A stretch of 64,000 nucleotides of DNA. Origin: an uncultured delta proteobacterium. GTDB taxonomy: Bacteria; Desulfobacterota; Desulfuromonadia; Desulfuromonadales; JACZKF01. Below, piece after piece: positions 43,518 to 54,845 of this stretch. Numbering within the stretch: position 1 is the stretch's first letter; each line of letters opens with the position of its first letter. The notes under the pieces were generated by a model. It ran no database searches, was not told the origin of the DNA, and worked only from the letters and a program-made list of their open reading frames with translations. The stretch spans positions 18,714-82,713 of the forward strand of contig CAWFKQ010000003.1 in assembly GCA_963816395.1 (NCBI GenBank). The letters are read 5' to 3'. Made by a program: the position numbers and the translations under genes.

Positions 43518-45719
43518 ATGAAAAATCTTCAAGTGACCAACCGCCGGCCGCGGCAGGGAGGACCGGCCGCCAGGAGGTCCGGCACCTGACCGATCTTCTG
43601 GAGAGCCTCGGCGACGGCCTGCTCTCCCTCGATGACCAGTGGCGGTTCACCTATGTGAACGGCGCCGCGGCAGGTCTTCTGGGGACAAAAGCGGGAAGAA
43701 CTTCTCGGCCGGGTTTTCTGGGAGGTGTTTCCGGAGACGGCCGGCACCCTGCAGCAGCAGTTCCAGGCCGCCGCCGGCGACCGCCGGCCGGTCGAATTCG
43801 ACAGCTGCTTCCCCTCCCTGGAGAAATGCTTCGAGTTCCGGGCCAATCCCCTGGACGGCGGGCTTTCAATCCAGTTTCGGGACATCACCGAACGCAAGTC
43901 GCTGCAGGCACGGGAGGAGATTTACCGGACCCTGGTGGAGAACATCGATCTGGGGATCACCCTGATCGATGAAAACTACCGGGTCCTGATGACCAATGCC
44001 GCCCAGGGGCGCCACTTCGACAAACCCGCCTGCGAATTCCTCCATCGGATCTGCCATGAGGAGTTCGAAAAGAGCAAAGTCCCCTGCCCGCACTGCCCCG
44101 GCACCCGCGCCATGCAGACCGGCCGGCCAGTCAACGCGGTCGCCGAAGGGGTGCGCGACGACGGCAGCCGGTTCGTGGTGCAGATCAACGCCTTTCCCGT
44201 CCTCGATGGCGACGGCCGTGCCCGCCGGTTCGTCGAAGTCGTCGAAGACATCACCGCCCGGCAATTCGCCCGTGAGAACCTGCGCAAGAGCGAGGAGCGC
44301 TTCCGCTCGGTTTTCGAGAATTCCGCCGCCGGCATGGCCATCATCAACCCGGAAGGGAAATTCGAGCGGGTCAACCAGGCGCTTTGCCGTTTCCTGGGGT
44401 ATCCGGAAGCGGAACTGCTGGGGAAGAACATCGGTGATCTCACGCATCCGGAGGACCTGGTGGTCTGCCGCCGGCACGGGGAAGAGGTGCGGGCCGGCCG
44501 GCGGCAGATGGTTCGGCACGAGAAACGCTATCGGCACCGGGACGGCGGTATCGTCTGGGGCTACGCCACCACCAACTGGCAGTTCGGCACCGACCGCCAG
44601 CCGGCCTACAGCATCGTCCACATCATCGACACCACGGAAAGGCGGGAGGCCGAGGAGGCCCTGCGCCGCAGCGAGGAAGCCCTGATGGCGGCGCTGGCGG
44701 AAGCCCGGGAGTCTCGGGACAAGGTGGATGCCATCCTCAAGTCGATCGCCGACGGACTGATCGTCACCGACCGGAACGGCCGCGTCACCCTGATGAACCG
44801 GGCCGCCGAGCAGTTGCTGGGGATCAGTTTCGCCGAGGCGATCAACTGCCCGATCCACATGGTGCTCGGCCATCCTTCCTTCAATGATAAGATCGGCGGC
44901 ACCAGCGTCTGGGAGCGGCAAGGCGGTGCGGACGGCCGGCAGGTGAACCGCGCCCGAACCTTCGAGATGCGCAACCAGGAAGGGGTGCAGACCGGGCGGA
45001 TAACCATCCTCCAGAACGTCACCCGGGAATACGAGATGGATCGGATGAAAAGCGAGTTCATCTCCACCGCCGCCCACGAGCTGCGCACGCCGCTGGCCTC
45101 GGTGATGGGTTTTTCCGAGTTGTTGCTGCGGGAAAATGTGGATCCCGATCAGCAGCGGGAATTTCTCTCCATCATTTTCCAGAAAGCCGAGGACCTGTCG
45201 GTGATCATCGACGACCTGGTGAACCTCAGCCGGATCGAGGCCGGCCGCCCCATCTGCCTGAACAAGAGCACCTTCGACCTGAACGAGATGGCCAGCCAGC
45301 TCGTCGACCAGTTCCGCACCGAGTTTCCCCGGCATGCTTTCGCAGCCGATCTGCCGGAGCATCTGCACGTCTGGTGGGATCGGGGGAAGGTCAGCCAGGT
45401 TCTCGATCACCTGCTGAACAACGCGGTCAAGTACTCGCCGGCCGGCGGGAACATCCGCCTGAGCGGCGAATTGCTGGAAGGGGAGGTGCAGGTCACGGTG
45501 GCCGACAACGGCATCGGCATGACGCCGGCGCAGATCGAACGGGCCTTCGAGATCTTCTACCGGGTGGATGCCTCCAATACGGCGGTGCGCGGGCTGGGAA
45601 TCGGACTTTCGGTTGCCAAGACCATTGTCGAGGCGCACGGCGGCAGCATCCGGGTGGAAAGCGCACGCGGGGGAGGGGACGCGGGTCATTTTTCGCCTCC
45701 CGGCCGGTACGCCGGATGA
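43518..45719 (+). CDS. Multi-PAS sensor histidine kinase (frameshifted)
   Basis: Four PAS-like segments, AHELRTPL, LLNNAVKYS, ADNGIGM, GLGIGLS. Confidence 0.9.
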
Positions 45720-45741
45720 GCCGGCGCTCTCCTGATCCCCC

Positions 45742-46140
45742 TCAGATCCGCTCCAGAGTGCTGGCCAAGAGCGCGCGCACCTGGCCGGCGATCTCCGCCA
45801 TGGCCGGATTGTCGACCACGCTCAGGGCCGCTACCGGATCCATGGCCATCACCGCCGTGCGCCCTTCGCCTTCGGCGTAAACCACCACGTTGCAGGGGAG
45901 GAGCAGCCCCAGATTGAGCTCGACCTGCAGCGCCTGGTGGGCCAGCCGCGGGTTGCAGGCGCCGAGGATGAGGTACGGGCGAAACTCGATCCCCAGCTTC
46001 TCCCTGAGCTTCGCCGGCACATCGATTTCCGTCAGGATGCCGAAGCCCTCCTCCGCCAGGGCTGCTCGCACCCGTTGTACCGTCTCCGCGAACGGCAGCG
46101 CTACCATTTTGCCGAATCCGTAAGGACAGCTCAGTTCCAT
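45742..46140 (-). CDS. DUF302 family protein
   Basis: EGFGILTEID, YLILGACNP, GLLLPCNVVV. Confidence 0.9.
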   Translation of the reverse strand: MELSCPYGFGKMVALPFAETVQRVRAALAEEGFGILTEIDVPAKLREKLGIEFRPYLILGACNPRLAHQALQVELNLGLLLPCNVVVYAEGEGRTAVMAMDPVAALSVVDNPAMAEIAGQVRALLASTLERI

Positions 46141-46323
46141 TCTTCGCCCCCCTGTTCGTCCATATTCTGCCCAATGAGCCGAGGTCGTACACCCGGACGC
46201 CGGCGCCTCTCCCGGCAGTTTTGAGTTTTTTCCACTTATCTGATAGTATAGTCGGGTTTCTGAGGAAGGACAGCTTCAAGTAAGGCACCGATTCGAGAAA
46301 TAATTCTTCATTTCGGAGTTTTC

Positions 46324-47149
46324 ATGCACGAAGTCGTCAGCAACGATATCCTGGGCCCGAACCTGCACCGGATGGTCATCCGGGCGCCGCGGGTGGCCAC
46401 CGCCCGCCGTCCCGGACAATTCGTCATCATCCGTGCCGCCGAGGGGGAGGAGCGTATTCCCCTGACCATCGGCGACGCCGATCCGCAGCAGGGCACCATC
46501 ACCCTCTTCATCCAGGCGATCGGCGCCTCCACCCGGCGCATCGTCGAGGTGCCGGCCGGCGGTGCTCTGCGCGACATCGCCGGGCCGCTGGGCATGCCGA
46601 CCCACATCGAGCGCTGGGGGCGGGTCGCCTGCGTCGGCGGCGGTGTCGGGACGGCGGTCCTTTACCCGCTGGCCAAGGCGCTGGCGGCGGCCGGCAATGA
46701 GGTGACGACGATCATCGGCGGCCGCTCCGCCTCCTACGTCATCCTGGCCGACGAACTGGGCGTCTTCTCGCGCCAGTTGCTGATCACCACCGAGGACGGC
46801 ACTCTCGGGCGCCAGGGGTTCGTCACCCACGCCCTGGCCGATCTGATTGCCGATCCGCGGCAGGCGCCACAGGCGGTCTACGCCATCGGCCCGGTGCCGA
46901 TGATGAAGGCGGTGGCCGAGCTCACCCGGCCGCACGGCATCCCGACCATCGTCAGCCTCAATCCGATCATGATCGACGGCACCGGCATGTGCGGCGGCTG
47001 TCGGGTGGTGGTGGGCGGGGAGTCGAAATTCGCCTGTGTGGACGGGCCGGAGTTCGACGGCCACCAGGTCGATTTCGACACCCTGGCCGACCGGCTGACC
47101 ATGTACCGGGAGCACGAGGAAGCATGCCGGGTGGGACTGGAGAAAATAA
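46324..47149 (+). CDS. nfnA: NfnA/SudB-like flavoprotein-[2Fe-2S] subunit
   Basis: PGQFVI, ERIPLT, GPLG, GGGVG, IGPVPMM, MIDGTGMCGGC...CVDGPEF. Likely stop TAA 47147-49 after a 1-nt error. Confidence 0.85.
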
Positions 47150-47186
47150 TCGGACCGATCCGACTGATCCGACCGATCGGTCAGAT
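47148..47186. repeat. GATCSGWCN nonamer array (copy 3)
   Basis: aatcggacc gatccgact gatccgacc gatcggtca gat. Confidence 0.8.
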
Positions 47187-47209
47187 TGAAACAATAGGAG
47201 CTTCAGAAG

Positions 47210-48626
47210 TTGAGCAACGACCTTACGCCAAAAGAAAGACTCGACCATCGACCGGGCCAAGATGCCCGAGCAGAACGCGACGGCGCGCAGCCGCAATTTC
47301 CTGGAAGTCAATCTCGGCCTGAACGAGGAGCAGGCGATCCGCGAGGCGCAGCGCTGTCTGCAATGCAAGAACCGCCAGTGCGTGGCGGGGTGCCCGGTGC
47401 GCGTCTCCATCCCCGAGTTCATCGACCGCCTGGCCGCCGGCGACCTGCCGGCGGCAGCCCGCATCCTGCAGCACGACAACGCCCTGCCGGCGGTCTGCGG
47501 CCGGGTCTGTCCGCAGGAGGTGCAGTGCGAAGCCAAGTGCGTGCGGGCGGTGAAGGGACAGCCGGTCGCCATCGGCTACCTGGAGCGCTTCGTCGCCGAC
47601 TGGGCGCTGGCGCACGCCGGAGAGCTGCGGGAGGAACCCCTGCCCGCCGCCACCGGCAAGAAGGTGGCGGTGGTCGGCGCCGGCCCGGCCGGCCTCACCG
47701 CCGCCGGCGAGCTGGCGCGGATGGGGCATGCGGTCACCGTCTTCGAGGCGCTGCACGACACCGGCGGCGTACTGCGCTACGGCATCCCGGAGTTCCGGCT
47801 GCCGAAGCGGATCATCGACATCGAGGTCTCACGCCTGGCCCAGTTCGGGGTGCAGATCGAGACCAGCGTGGTGATCGGCAAGACGATCACCCTCGGCGAG
47901 CTGCGCGAGCAGTTCGACGCCGTCTTCATCGGCAACGGCGCCGGTCTGCCGATGATGCTGAACATCCCCGGCGAGAACCTGAAGGGGGTCTACTCGGCCA
48001 ACGAATACCTTACCCGGGTCAACCTGATGGGCGCCGGGCAACGGGAGGATGCCGCCACCCCGGTCCTGCGCACCCGCAATGTGGCGGTGATCGGCGGCGG
48101 CAATACCGCCATGGACTGCGTGCGCACCGCCCGCCGGCTGGGGGCGGAGCGGGCGATGATCGTCTATCGGCGCAGCGAGCAGGAGATGCCGGCCCGGGTG
48201 GAGGAGATCCACCATGCCAAGGAGGAGGGGGTGGAATTCGTCCTCCTCACCGCGCCGCTGGAGGTCGTGGGGAACGATCAGCGCTGGGTGAAGGCCCTGC
48301 GCTGCCAGAAAATGGAGCTGGGGGAGCCGGACGCCTCCGGTCGGCGCAAGCCGCTGCCGGTGCCGGGCAGCGAGTTCGACCTGCCGGCCGAGGTGGTGAT
48401 CAACGCCCTCGGCACCCGCGCCAACCCACTGCTGACGGCCACCGAGCCGGACCTGAAGCTGAACAGATGGGGGAACATCGAAGGCGGCGAGGACGGCAGC
48501 ACCAGCCTGCCTGGCGTCTTCGCCGGCGGCGACATCGTCCGCGGCGGCTCCACCGTCATCCTCGCCATGGGCGACGGCAAGCGGGCGGCGGCGGCGATCG
48601 ACGCCTATCTCAACGCCGGGCGCTGA
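47210..48626 (+). CDS. nfnB: NfnB/SudA-like (GltD-like) NADPH flavoprotein subunit
   Basis: EAQRCLQC...CVAGCPV, CGRVCPQE.QCE, GAGPAG, YGIPEFRLP, GGGNTAMD, GGD...G.STVILAM. Confidence 0.88.
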
Positions 48627-48649
48627 TCCCGGCGCTTCGCCATTCCAGG

Positions 48650-48680
48650 GGCCGGTCCACTGCGGACCGGCCTTTTTTTT
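48650..48680 (+). terminator. Intrinsic terminator after nfnB
   Basis: ggccggtcc-actgc-ggaccggcc-tttttttt. Confidence 0.88.
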
Positions 48681-48791
48681 CGGCCTTTATAGGGTTCAGG
48701 TTCAAGGGTCGGGGACGGAGCACCCGCGCCCCTCTAAAAGTTCTTCAGCGACTCAAACCGCGGCCAGGGACCTCAGCCGGCGGCGTGTCGC

Positions 48792-49220
48792 TCACACCAT
48801 GATCCGGGAAATATCCGGTCCGGGGAATTTATCCAACAGTTTCCGGCAGGCCTCTTCCGACTCGCGGCAGGCCTCGGCGCAGATCCGGCAATGCTGGTGT
48901 TTCTGCGCGTGGCGGTCGCATTCCTCGGCGCAGGCCCGGTTGGCGGCAATACAGGCCTGCAACTGGGCGCGGACCACGGCGCTGTCGGACTCCGTCTGCC
49001 GGGAGAGGATCTTCCCTGTCACTTCGCATATTTCGGCACAATCCTCATTGATCCTGATGCAGTGCACCAAGTCCTGGACCTGGTCCTGGCCCAGGCAGGC
49101 ATCGGCGCAGGCGACGTTGGCATCGGCACATTCGAAGATGGAGCGGACACAGGAGGCGATCTCGGAAACGGCCAGCGGTGCCTGGCGCGGATGGGTGACC
49201 AGTATTTCTTCGAGTCTCAT
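48792..49220 (-). CDS. Cys-rich four-helix-bundle copper storage protein (Csp3/DUF326-like)
   Basis: CADAC, CIR...DCAEIC, C...RACAEEC.RH...H.HCRICAEAC; no signal peptide. Confidence 0.85.
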   Translation of the reverse strand: MRLEEILVTHPRQAPLAVSEIASCVRSIFECADANVACADACLGQDQVQDLVHCIRINEDCAEICEVTGKILSRQTESDSAVVRAQLQACIAANRACAEECDRHAQKHQHCRICAEACRESEEACRKLLDKFPGPDISRIMV

Positions 49221-49418
49221 AGCGATCTCCCTGGGTAAGGATTTACCCGTAACGGCGAAAACGGACACCGGACGGGTATTTTCCCTTCTAGCAGAGATGG
49301 CGGCGCTGTCAAACGGGCCGGTGCTCTCTTGCCCCCATTCCCCCTCCCGGCCTCTCCCTGGAATGTGGAGGGACAGAAGCCGCGAGGTGAGGGCATATGC
49401 CGAGCAAGAGAGAAGAAT

Positions 49419-49460
49419 AAAAAAAGAGGCTGCCCCACGCGGGAACAGCCTCTTTCTTTT
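49419..49460 (-). terminator. Intrinsic terminator after the DUF4382 gene
   Basis: aaagaggctg/cagcctcttt stem with flanking A/T runs. Confidence 0.75.
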
Positions 49461-49478
49461 CCAGGCGAGCCGGACGGC

Positions 49479-50364
49479 TCAGGCGCGGGGTAGCGGCGGG
49501 GGCCGGCGTCAGGGTGATGGTACCGGCATCGGTATCGGCGGTGCCGACCACCTCGAAGGCGGCCGGGTCCGATGAAAAGGGAGTGAAGCCGGTGGCGGCG
49601 ACCTTCAGCTGATAGCTGCCCGCCGGCAGGAAGATGCGAAATGAGCCGTCCTCCGCATTGACCTGGCCGGAGGCGACGGTGATGCCATCGGCGTTGATCG
49701 CCGAAACGACGGCGCTCGCCAGAGCCTCCTGCGGCGCGACGGTGCCGGCCAGGGCGCCGAAATCGACCAGATCATCGACCATCTGGATAATGCGGATGCC
49801 GGTCGGCTTGAAATTCAGGGCATTGCCGCTGTCCACGATCGCCTTCGCCGGGTCGAAGTCGAGGACAACGGTGTTGACCTCTCCCGCCTTGACCTCGAAG
49901 GTCCCCGGGGTGTTGAGCTTCAGCCCGGAGGTCTGCGCGCTCGGGGCCTTGATGGCGAGATGCTCGCCGGTACCGCCCTGGAGTACGACATAGTTGGCGG
50001 GATCGTTCGGGTCGCTGTTCTCGGCCAGGATCAGGCGGATCTGGTGGTACGTGCCGGCGGGCAGGACGGCCTCGCCGAGCGCTTCCTGAACGTAAGCCAG
50101 ACTGAGGACCTCCACCTGCTTCGGCTGATCGAAACTGGCGATCAGCGGCAGGGCGCTGTCTGCTGCCGCTTCCTGGCCGGCCGGGACGGCGCGGACTTCC
50201 TTGATGGAAATCACCACAGAACTGTAAACAGGGGCGGTATTGTCGGTCAGGGCGAGTTTCAACGTCCCGGTGTCTTGGCCACCGCCGCCACCGCCGCAGC
50301 CGGTGGGCAGGAAAAGCGCCGGCAGCAGGGCAATCCAGGCAAATCTCTTGATCATTTGTTTCAT
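49479..50364 (-). CDS. DUF4382 domain lipoprotein with carboxypeptidase-regulatory-like domain (3' end approximate)
   Basis: LPTGC lipobox, GTLKLALTD, LPAG.Y.QIRL, PSAQTSGLKL, VLDFD. Confidence 0.82.
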
Positions 50365-50425
50365 ACGTTCTCTCCTTTGGGCTGGATGGGATGAAGGGCT
50401 CGGATGCCGCCCTCCGGTCTCTATC

Positions 50426-50442
50426 AGCAAGGGGCGGGCCAA
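50426..50442 (-). promoter_or_regulatory. Putative sigma54 promoter for the DUF4382 gene
   Basis: TTGGCCCGCCCCTTGCT: GG-N10-GC with TTGC, about 60 nt upstream of the ATG. Confidence 0.55.
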
Positions 50443-50590
50443 GATCAAACCAGCCGCCTGAAGGCCTTGGGCGGCCTTGGAGAGAGAGGGTCAGCGAAAG
50501 CTCGAAAGGGGGGGACAAAAATGGGAACTGCACGCCGAGGAGGCTCAGCGGGGCTGGTCGGTGAGGGGGCAGCTGGATGGCTGGCAGAAA

Positions 50591-51631
50591 TCAGTGAATC
50601 TGGCGTTTCCGCAGTATCTCGATACGTTCGCGAGTCGCCGGGTGGGTGGAGAAATAATCGGCCAGCGGACTGTCGGCGTCCGAGCTGTCCGTTCGCCGGT
50701 CGTGGGCGGTTTGCAGGCGCGCCAGGATGGCGGCGAACCGCTCGAGGGGGATGCCGCGGCGGCGCAGATAGCCGGCGGCGACCGCATCGGCTTCCATCTC
50801 CATGCGGCGGGAAAAGCTGGTATTCACCAGCATGGTAGGAAGAGCGGCGGCCAGTGAGGTGGTGGAGAGGATGTCGCCGGTCAAAGTGGCAATCAGCAGG
50901 CCGGCGGCCGAATTCTGCAGCGCCTGGCGCAGGGCGTGGCGATTTTTTTCATGGGCGATCTCATGGGCCAGAACGGCCGCGATCTCGCCATCGTCCTCAG
51001 CCAGCTTGACCAGTTCGTCGGTAAGGACGACGGTGCCGCCGGGGAGGGCCAGGGCATTTGCCCCCATTTTCGGTGCGGTGCGAAAAAGCAGCCGGTAGGA
51101 TCGCCTGGCGTCAAGGTCGGCCGCCGCCGCGGCGAAGACCGCCAGCAATTCCTCCCGGCGCTTCTCCGGCAGGGCAGTCGGCCGGAACACGATCTTGTCC
51201 AGCACGTCGAGTGTTTCCTGCCCCAGGCGCCGCTCGCCGGCCGGGGGAATGGCGAAGGCGGCCCGCTCCGCCAGGTAGGGTATGCCGAACCGGATAAACC
51301 CCCAGACTGCCGCCACCGTCAGGACCAGCGCGACCAGGGTGAGCCGCAGGCTCTTCTCCCAGCCATGCACCCAACGGGAAAAGCCGCCCCTGCCGGCGGC
51401 CTCGCTCAGCCGGGTAGCGAACGGTCCCTCTTCGATTTCGCACTTGGCGCCGCCCGGCAAAAAGAGGGAGCGGCGGGTGGCGCCGAGAGGGGAGGAGAGT
51501 TCGACCGCCGACAGCGGCAGGCAGAGGTCCACCCCGGCGCCGCGCAGCCGCAGGCGGTCCCCCTCCAGGGCCAGCGCGATCTCGTGCCGCGTCGAGCTGG
51601 CGCCGTCGTAATAGAAGCCGCGGGTCTCCAT
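50591..51631 (-). CDS. M48 family metallopeptidase (YjgN-associated)
   Basis: YYDG.SS N-domain, NALALPGG, LAHEIAH, FSR.ME.EAD, YFSTHP. Confidence 0.9.
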   Translation of the reverse strand: METRGFYYDGASSTRHEIALALEGDRLRLRGAGVDLCLPLSAVELSSPLGATRRSLFLPGGAKCEIEEGPFATRLSEAAGRGGFSRWVHGWEKSLRLTLVALVLTVAAVWGFIRFGIPYLAERAAFAIPPAGERRLGQETLDVLDKIVFRPTALPEKRREELLAVFAAAAADLDARRSYRLLFRTAPKMGANALALPGGTVVLTDELVKLAEDDGEIAAVLAHEIAHEKNRHALRQALQNSAAGLLIATLTGDILSTTSLAAALPTMLVNTSFSRRMEMEADAVAAGYLRRRGIPLERFAAILARLQTAHDRRTDSSDADSPLADYFSTHPATRERIEILRKRQIH

Positions 51632-52827
51632 CAGAAGAAGCCGATTTCAATCCCGAAGATGTCGCCGATCTCCTCGCCGGCGGCGCCGACCGCGGCGACC
51701 GGGTCGGCCCGGAAGCGGTCCAGGCTCTCCGCGGTTTCCAGGGCCAGCCGACTGATCCGGTAGCGGGCCAGGCGCACCGCCGCCCAGGGGGTCAGCAGGC
51801 CGAAGGAGAGGGCGATGGCCGCGGCATTGGAGCCGAAAATCCAGGCCATATCCCGCAGCCGCAGGGTGCTGATGAAACGGCCGTCCGCCAGTCGGGTGCT
51901 GTTCCAGGTAAGGTTGGTCAGGCGCACATAGACGTAGAGGGCCAGCAGCAGGTAGCCGGAGACGAACAGCAGGGGAATGCCGAAGGCCGCCGCCGGCACT
52001 GACAATTTGATCTGGGAGAAGGCGGGGAGAGTGGCCGTGAAGGCGGCGAATCCCGCCGCGCCCAGGAGGAGCGCCAGCCCCGAGGCCTTGAGGAAGACCA
52101 GGTAGAAATCCTTCAGCCGGCTTTCGAAGGTAAACGGCGTCTTCCCATAGAAATTGTTCTCCATCAGGAAGCGTTTCTGCCGATAGACCATGGCCGGCCC
52201 GAAGATCCCCAGGGTGACGGCGGTCAGCAGAGGAGCCAGCAGAAAGGCCCCGTAAGCCTCCCGGTAGTTCGCCTTGAAATTGAAGCGCACGTTGCGGTGC
52301 GCACTGTTGCGGTTGTTGAACAGCCGCGAGCGGACGATCACCCAGGGCACGGCGACGAAAATGATCAGCCCAAGAACGCCGCTCAGCAGCGGACTGAACC
52401 TCGAGCCCAAACTGTAGAGGGCAAAAAGGGCCGCCCCGATCAGCATTCCCTTGAGCAGGGCTAGGGGGTTGGCCAGGTAATCGAAATTCACGTCATCGAG
52501 CAGGGTGTTGCCGTAGAAGAACCGGCGCTTGCGCACCTTGGCCCAGGGGGTGTAGATCCCCAGGGTGACGATCTTCAGCAGGGTGTTGACGGTCCAGATG
52601 CCGAAGTAGTCGCGGGCGGTGCCGTTGAAGACGAAGGGGAGTTGGCGTACCGGCCCGGCGCCGGCCGGCATCGGCGATGCCGCAGGCGGCTCGCCGGCGT
52701 CGGTGGAGAAGGGGAAGCTCTGCAGGCAGTTCGGGCACTTGGCCCGGGCGACCTTGGCCGGGATGCGGCTCCGGTCCGTCTGGCGGGAGAAGCCGCAGTG
52801 CGGGCAGGTAAGGGTGATGACCGACAT
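51631..52827 (-). CDS. YjgN/DUF898 membrane protein with N-terminal zinc ribbon
   Basis: CPHC...CPNC; F.GTA..YF.IW.VN.LL.IVTLGIY.PWAKVR. Confidence 0.9.
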   Translation of the reverse strand: MSVITLTCPHCGFSRQTDRSRIPAKVARAKCPNCLQSFPFSTDAGEPPAASPMPAGAGPVRQLPFVFNGTARDYFGIWTVNTLLKIVTLGIYTPWAKVRKRRFFYGNTLLDDVNFDYLANPLALLKGMLIGAALFALYSLGSRFSPLLSGVLGLIIFVAVPWVIVRSRLFNNRNSAHRNVRFNFKANYREAYGAFLLAPLLTAVTLGIFGPAMVYRQKRFLMENNFYGKTPFTFESRLKDFYLVFLKASGLALLLGAAGFAAFTATLPAFSQIKLSVPAAAFGIPLLFVSGYLLLALYVYVRLTNLTWNSTRLADGRFISTLRLRDMAWIFGSNAAAIALSFGLLTPWAAVRLARYRISRLALETAESLDRFRADPVAAVGAAGEEIGDIFGIEIGFF

Positions 52828-53076
52828 GGTCCCTCCTTTTCATCTGATCGAATGTTAACGCCGGGCAGTCATTCCTGCCGCAAAAAACCGCCGAACGGAA
52901 AAATCCGGCTCTGGCGGCCTTGCTCATGCAACGGAAGCTCTTTTCATCCCTTTCCGCTCTGCGGATGAATACGGTCCATTAAAATCTTTTTGACAGGGGA
53001 TGTCAAATTTTCAACGGCTTGCGGGAATATAATCCTCCCGCACCGGCGGGGCGCGTTGGTGGCGACTGATGGTGAT

Positions 53077-53226
53077 TTGGTGAGATACCTGCGGTTTGCT
53101 CTTTCCTATTGTCGGGAAGGCAGTACCCGCCCCCGTCAGGGGCTATTGGTGGGCGTCCTGTTCACCGTCCTGCTGGCTGTCATGGGCGGGGTGATTACCG
53201 CATTTCTGGTGATCGCCACGGACTGA
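53077..53226 (+). CDS. Possible small single-TM protein
   Basis: ~49 aa with one strongly hydrophobic helix (GLLVGVLFTVLLAVMGGVITAFLVIA); weak RBS. Confidence 0.35.
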   Translation: MVRYLRFALSYCREGSTRPRQGLLVGVLFTVLLAVMGGVITAFLVIATD

Positions 53227-53265
53227 AAGCGTCCCTTTCAAAAAAACCAGCCGGTAGCTGCCAGG

Positions 53266-53535
53266 TCATGACGGTGAAGGAAGATAATCCTCCCGCACCG
53301 GCGCGAACACTTCGACGGCCACCGAGTCTTCCAGGGCGACGGCATTGTGCGGCACGTTCCCGGCGATGCACCAGCTGTCATACTGATCCGTATAAAACCA
53401 CCGCATTTTCGTTCGGACATCAAAGCCGTCCATTGGGCCAGGGACTCCAGATGGTCCTTGATTGGAGGATGCTGGGGGTGGGCTTGGGAAGACGGCAAGG
53501 AGTGTGGATGCGCATGATCCCCCCTCAAAGTACAT
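53266..53535 (-). pseudogene. Cupin-domain remnant
   Basis: Only the C-terminal [30 protein letters not shown] is clearly recognisable. Confidence 0.6.
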
Positions 53536-53648
53536 CGGCCAGGGCAGAAAAGCGCGACATCGGGCGGGTTAGCAGGAAAAAGACGTTTCCGCCGAGGATG
53601 CGGGGCCTTGCTTCCGGCGTGCTTCTGGTTCGGATCGGAAATGCCGGG

Positions 53649-54380
53649 TTACCGGAGGGGGGAGCCGGAAACGGGGTGGAGGGCGGCGGTAAGGGCCGGC
53701 TGGAGGATTGGCGGCGATTTGGGGACCAGGGTCCGGGAGATGAGGCGGTTCATGCCGGTGTAGCCGGAGATCGGCTCAGGCGGGACGCCGATGCGGTTGC
53801 GATAACAGGCCATGTGAATGTGGGTGCCGGGGTGCTGCCGGCAGCTGTGCCCCTGGACGCCGCCAGAGTTTCCCTCCCGGCCGACCGCGTCGCCCTGGGA
53901 GACCACCGCCCCATTTTTGACGAGAATTTCATCGAGATGGGCCAGGCGGCAGGAGAGGCCGTCCGCCCGGGTGATGAGGATGTTTTTTCCCCGGCCGGCG
54001 CTGCGACCTACGGTGATGCGCCCCGACAAGGGGGCGATCACTTCGGAGCGGAAGCCGGAGCAGCCCGGTTTGGCGAAATCGAGGGCAAAGCGCTCGTCGG
54101 AACCGGGGTAGCGCCGATGCGAGCGATTGTTGTACCCCCGGGTGAGGATGTGAGGATCGTCCTGCCGGAAGGGGAGGATCAGCTCCTCCGCGAAATCATT
54201 GTCGGTCGGCCGCGCAGGTTCTCCGGGAGCCCGTTTGGGCGACCGCTTGGGAGAAATCCCCAGCGGGTGATTTCAAACCGGCCGATGACATTCCCTTCGC
54301 AGCGCCGCCGCCGGGGGCAAGAAGAAGCAGAAGCAAGGAACAGATAGAGAGGCGAAACAGGACAGAAGACATTTGTATCC
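53649..54380 (-). pseudogene. M23 family peptidase, fragmented
   Basis: RYALDF, APLSG, LAHL..ILVK.G.VV.QG..VG.EGNSG, HIH. Confidence 0.65.
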
Positions 54381-54571
54381 AATTAATTAAATTAAGCAAA
54401 TAGAAGCGTTTGGTCGATAAAATTAAACAATATCGTGTCCCTTTGTCAACCTTTCTCCATTAAAGGTGTATGGGCATAGCCCTTGCCTGAATTTTTCCGC
54501 GTCTTCGCGTGAGGAAGTTGTTTGCAGGAATTCCATTGATGCCAGAACAAGTTAGCTCATGCCGGCCGGCA

Positions 54572-54599
54572 TTGACTGACGGGCAGGCAAAGGTATGCT
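54572..54599 (+). promoter_or_regulatory. Sigma70-type promoter of the DUF2795 gene
   Basis: TTGACT-N16-TATGCT; a GG-N10-GC sigma54-like site also lies at 54472-54486. Confidence 0.55.
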
Positions 54600-54636
54600 G
54601 TCAATAGAAAAACAGCGAAACAGATGGAGGTCAGTT

Positions 54637-54843
54637 ATGACACGCGGAGTCGGCGGTCATTCGCCAGCGAACGTTTCCAAACATCTCAAGGGAATCGATT
54701 TCCCGGCCCATCGTAAGGACCTGATCCGCCAGGCCGAGAAAAACCACGCGGACGCGGAGGTTATTGATGAGCTCAAGAGCTTGCCGGACGAGGAATACGG
54801 CTCAATGGCCGATGTGATGAAAGGGTACGGGAAACTGCATTAG
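54637..54843 (+). CDS. DUF2795 family small protein
   Basis: GGAGG RBS; SPANV..HLKGIDFPA...DL...A..N.A...V....LP...Y..MADV. Confidence 0.85.
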   Translation: MTRGVGGHSPANVSKHLKGIDFPAHRKDLIRQAEKNHADAEVIDELKSLPDEEYGSMADVMKGYGKLH

Positions 54844-54845
54844 AA

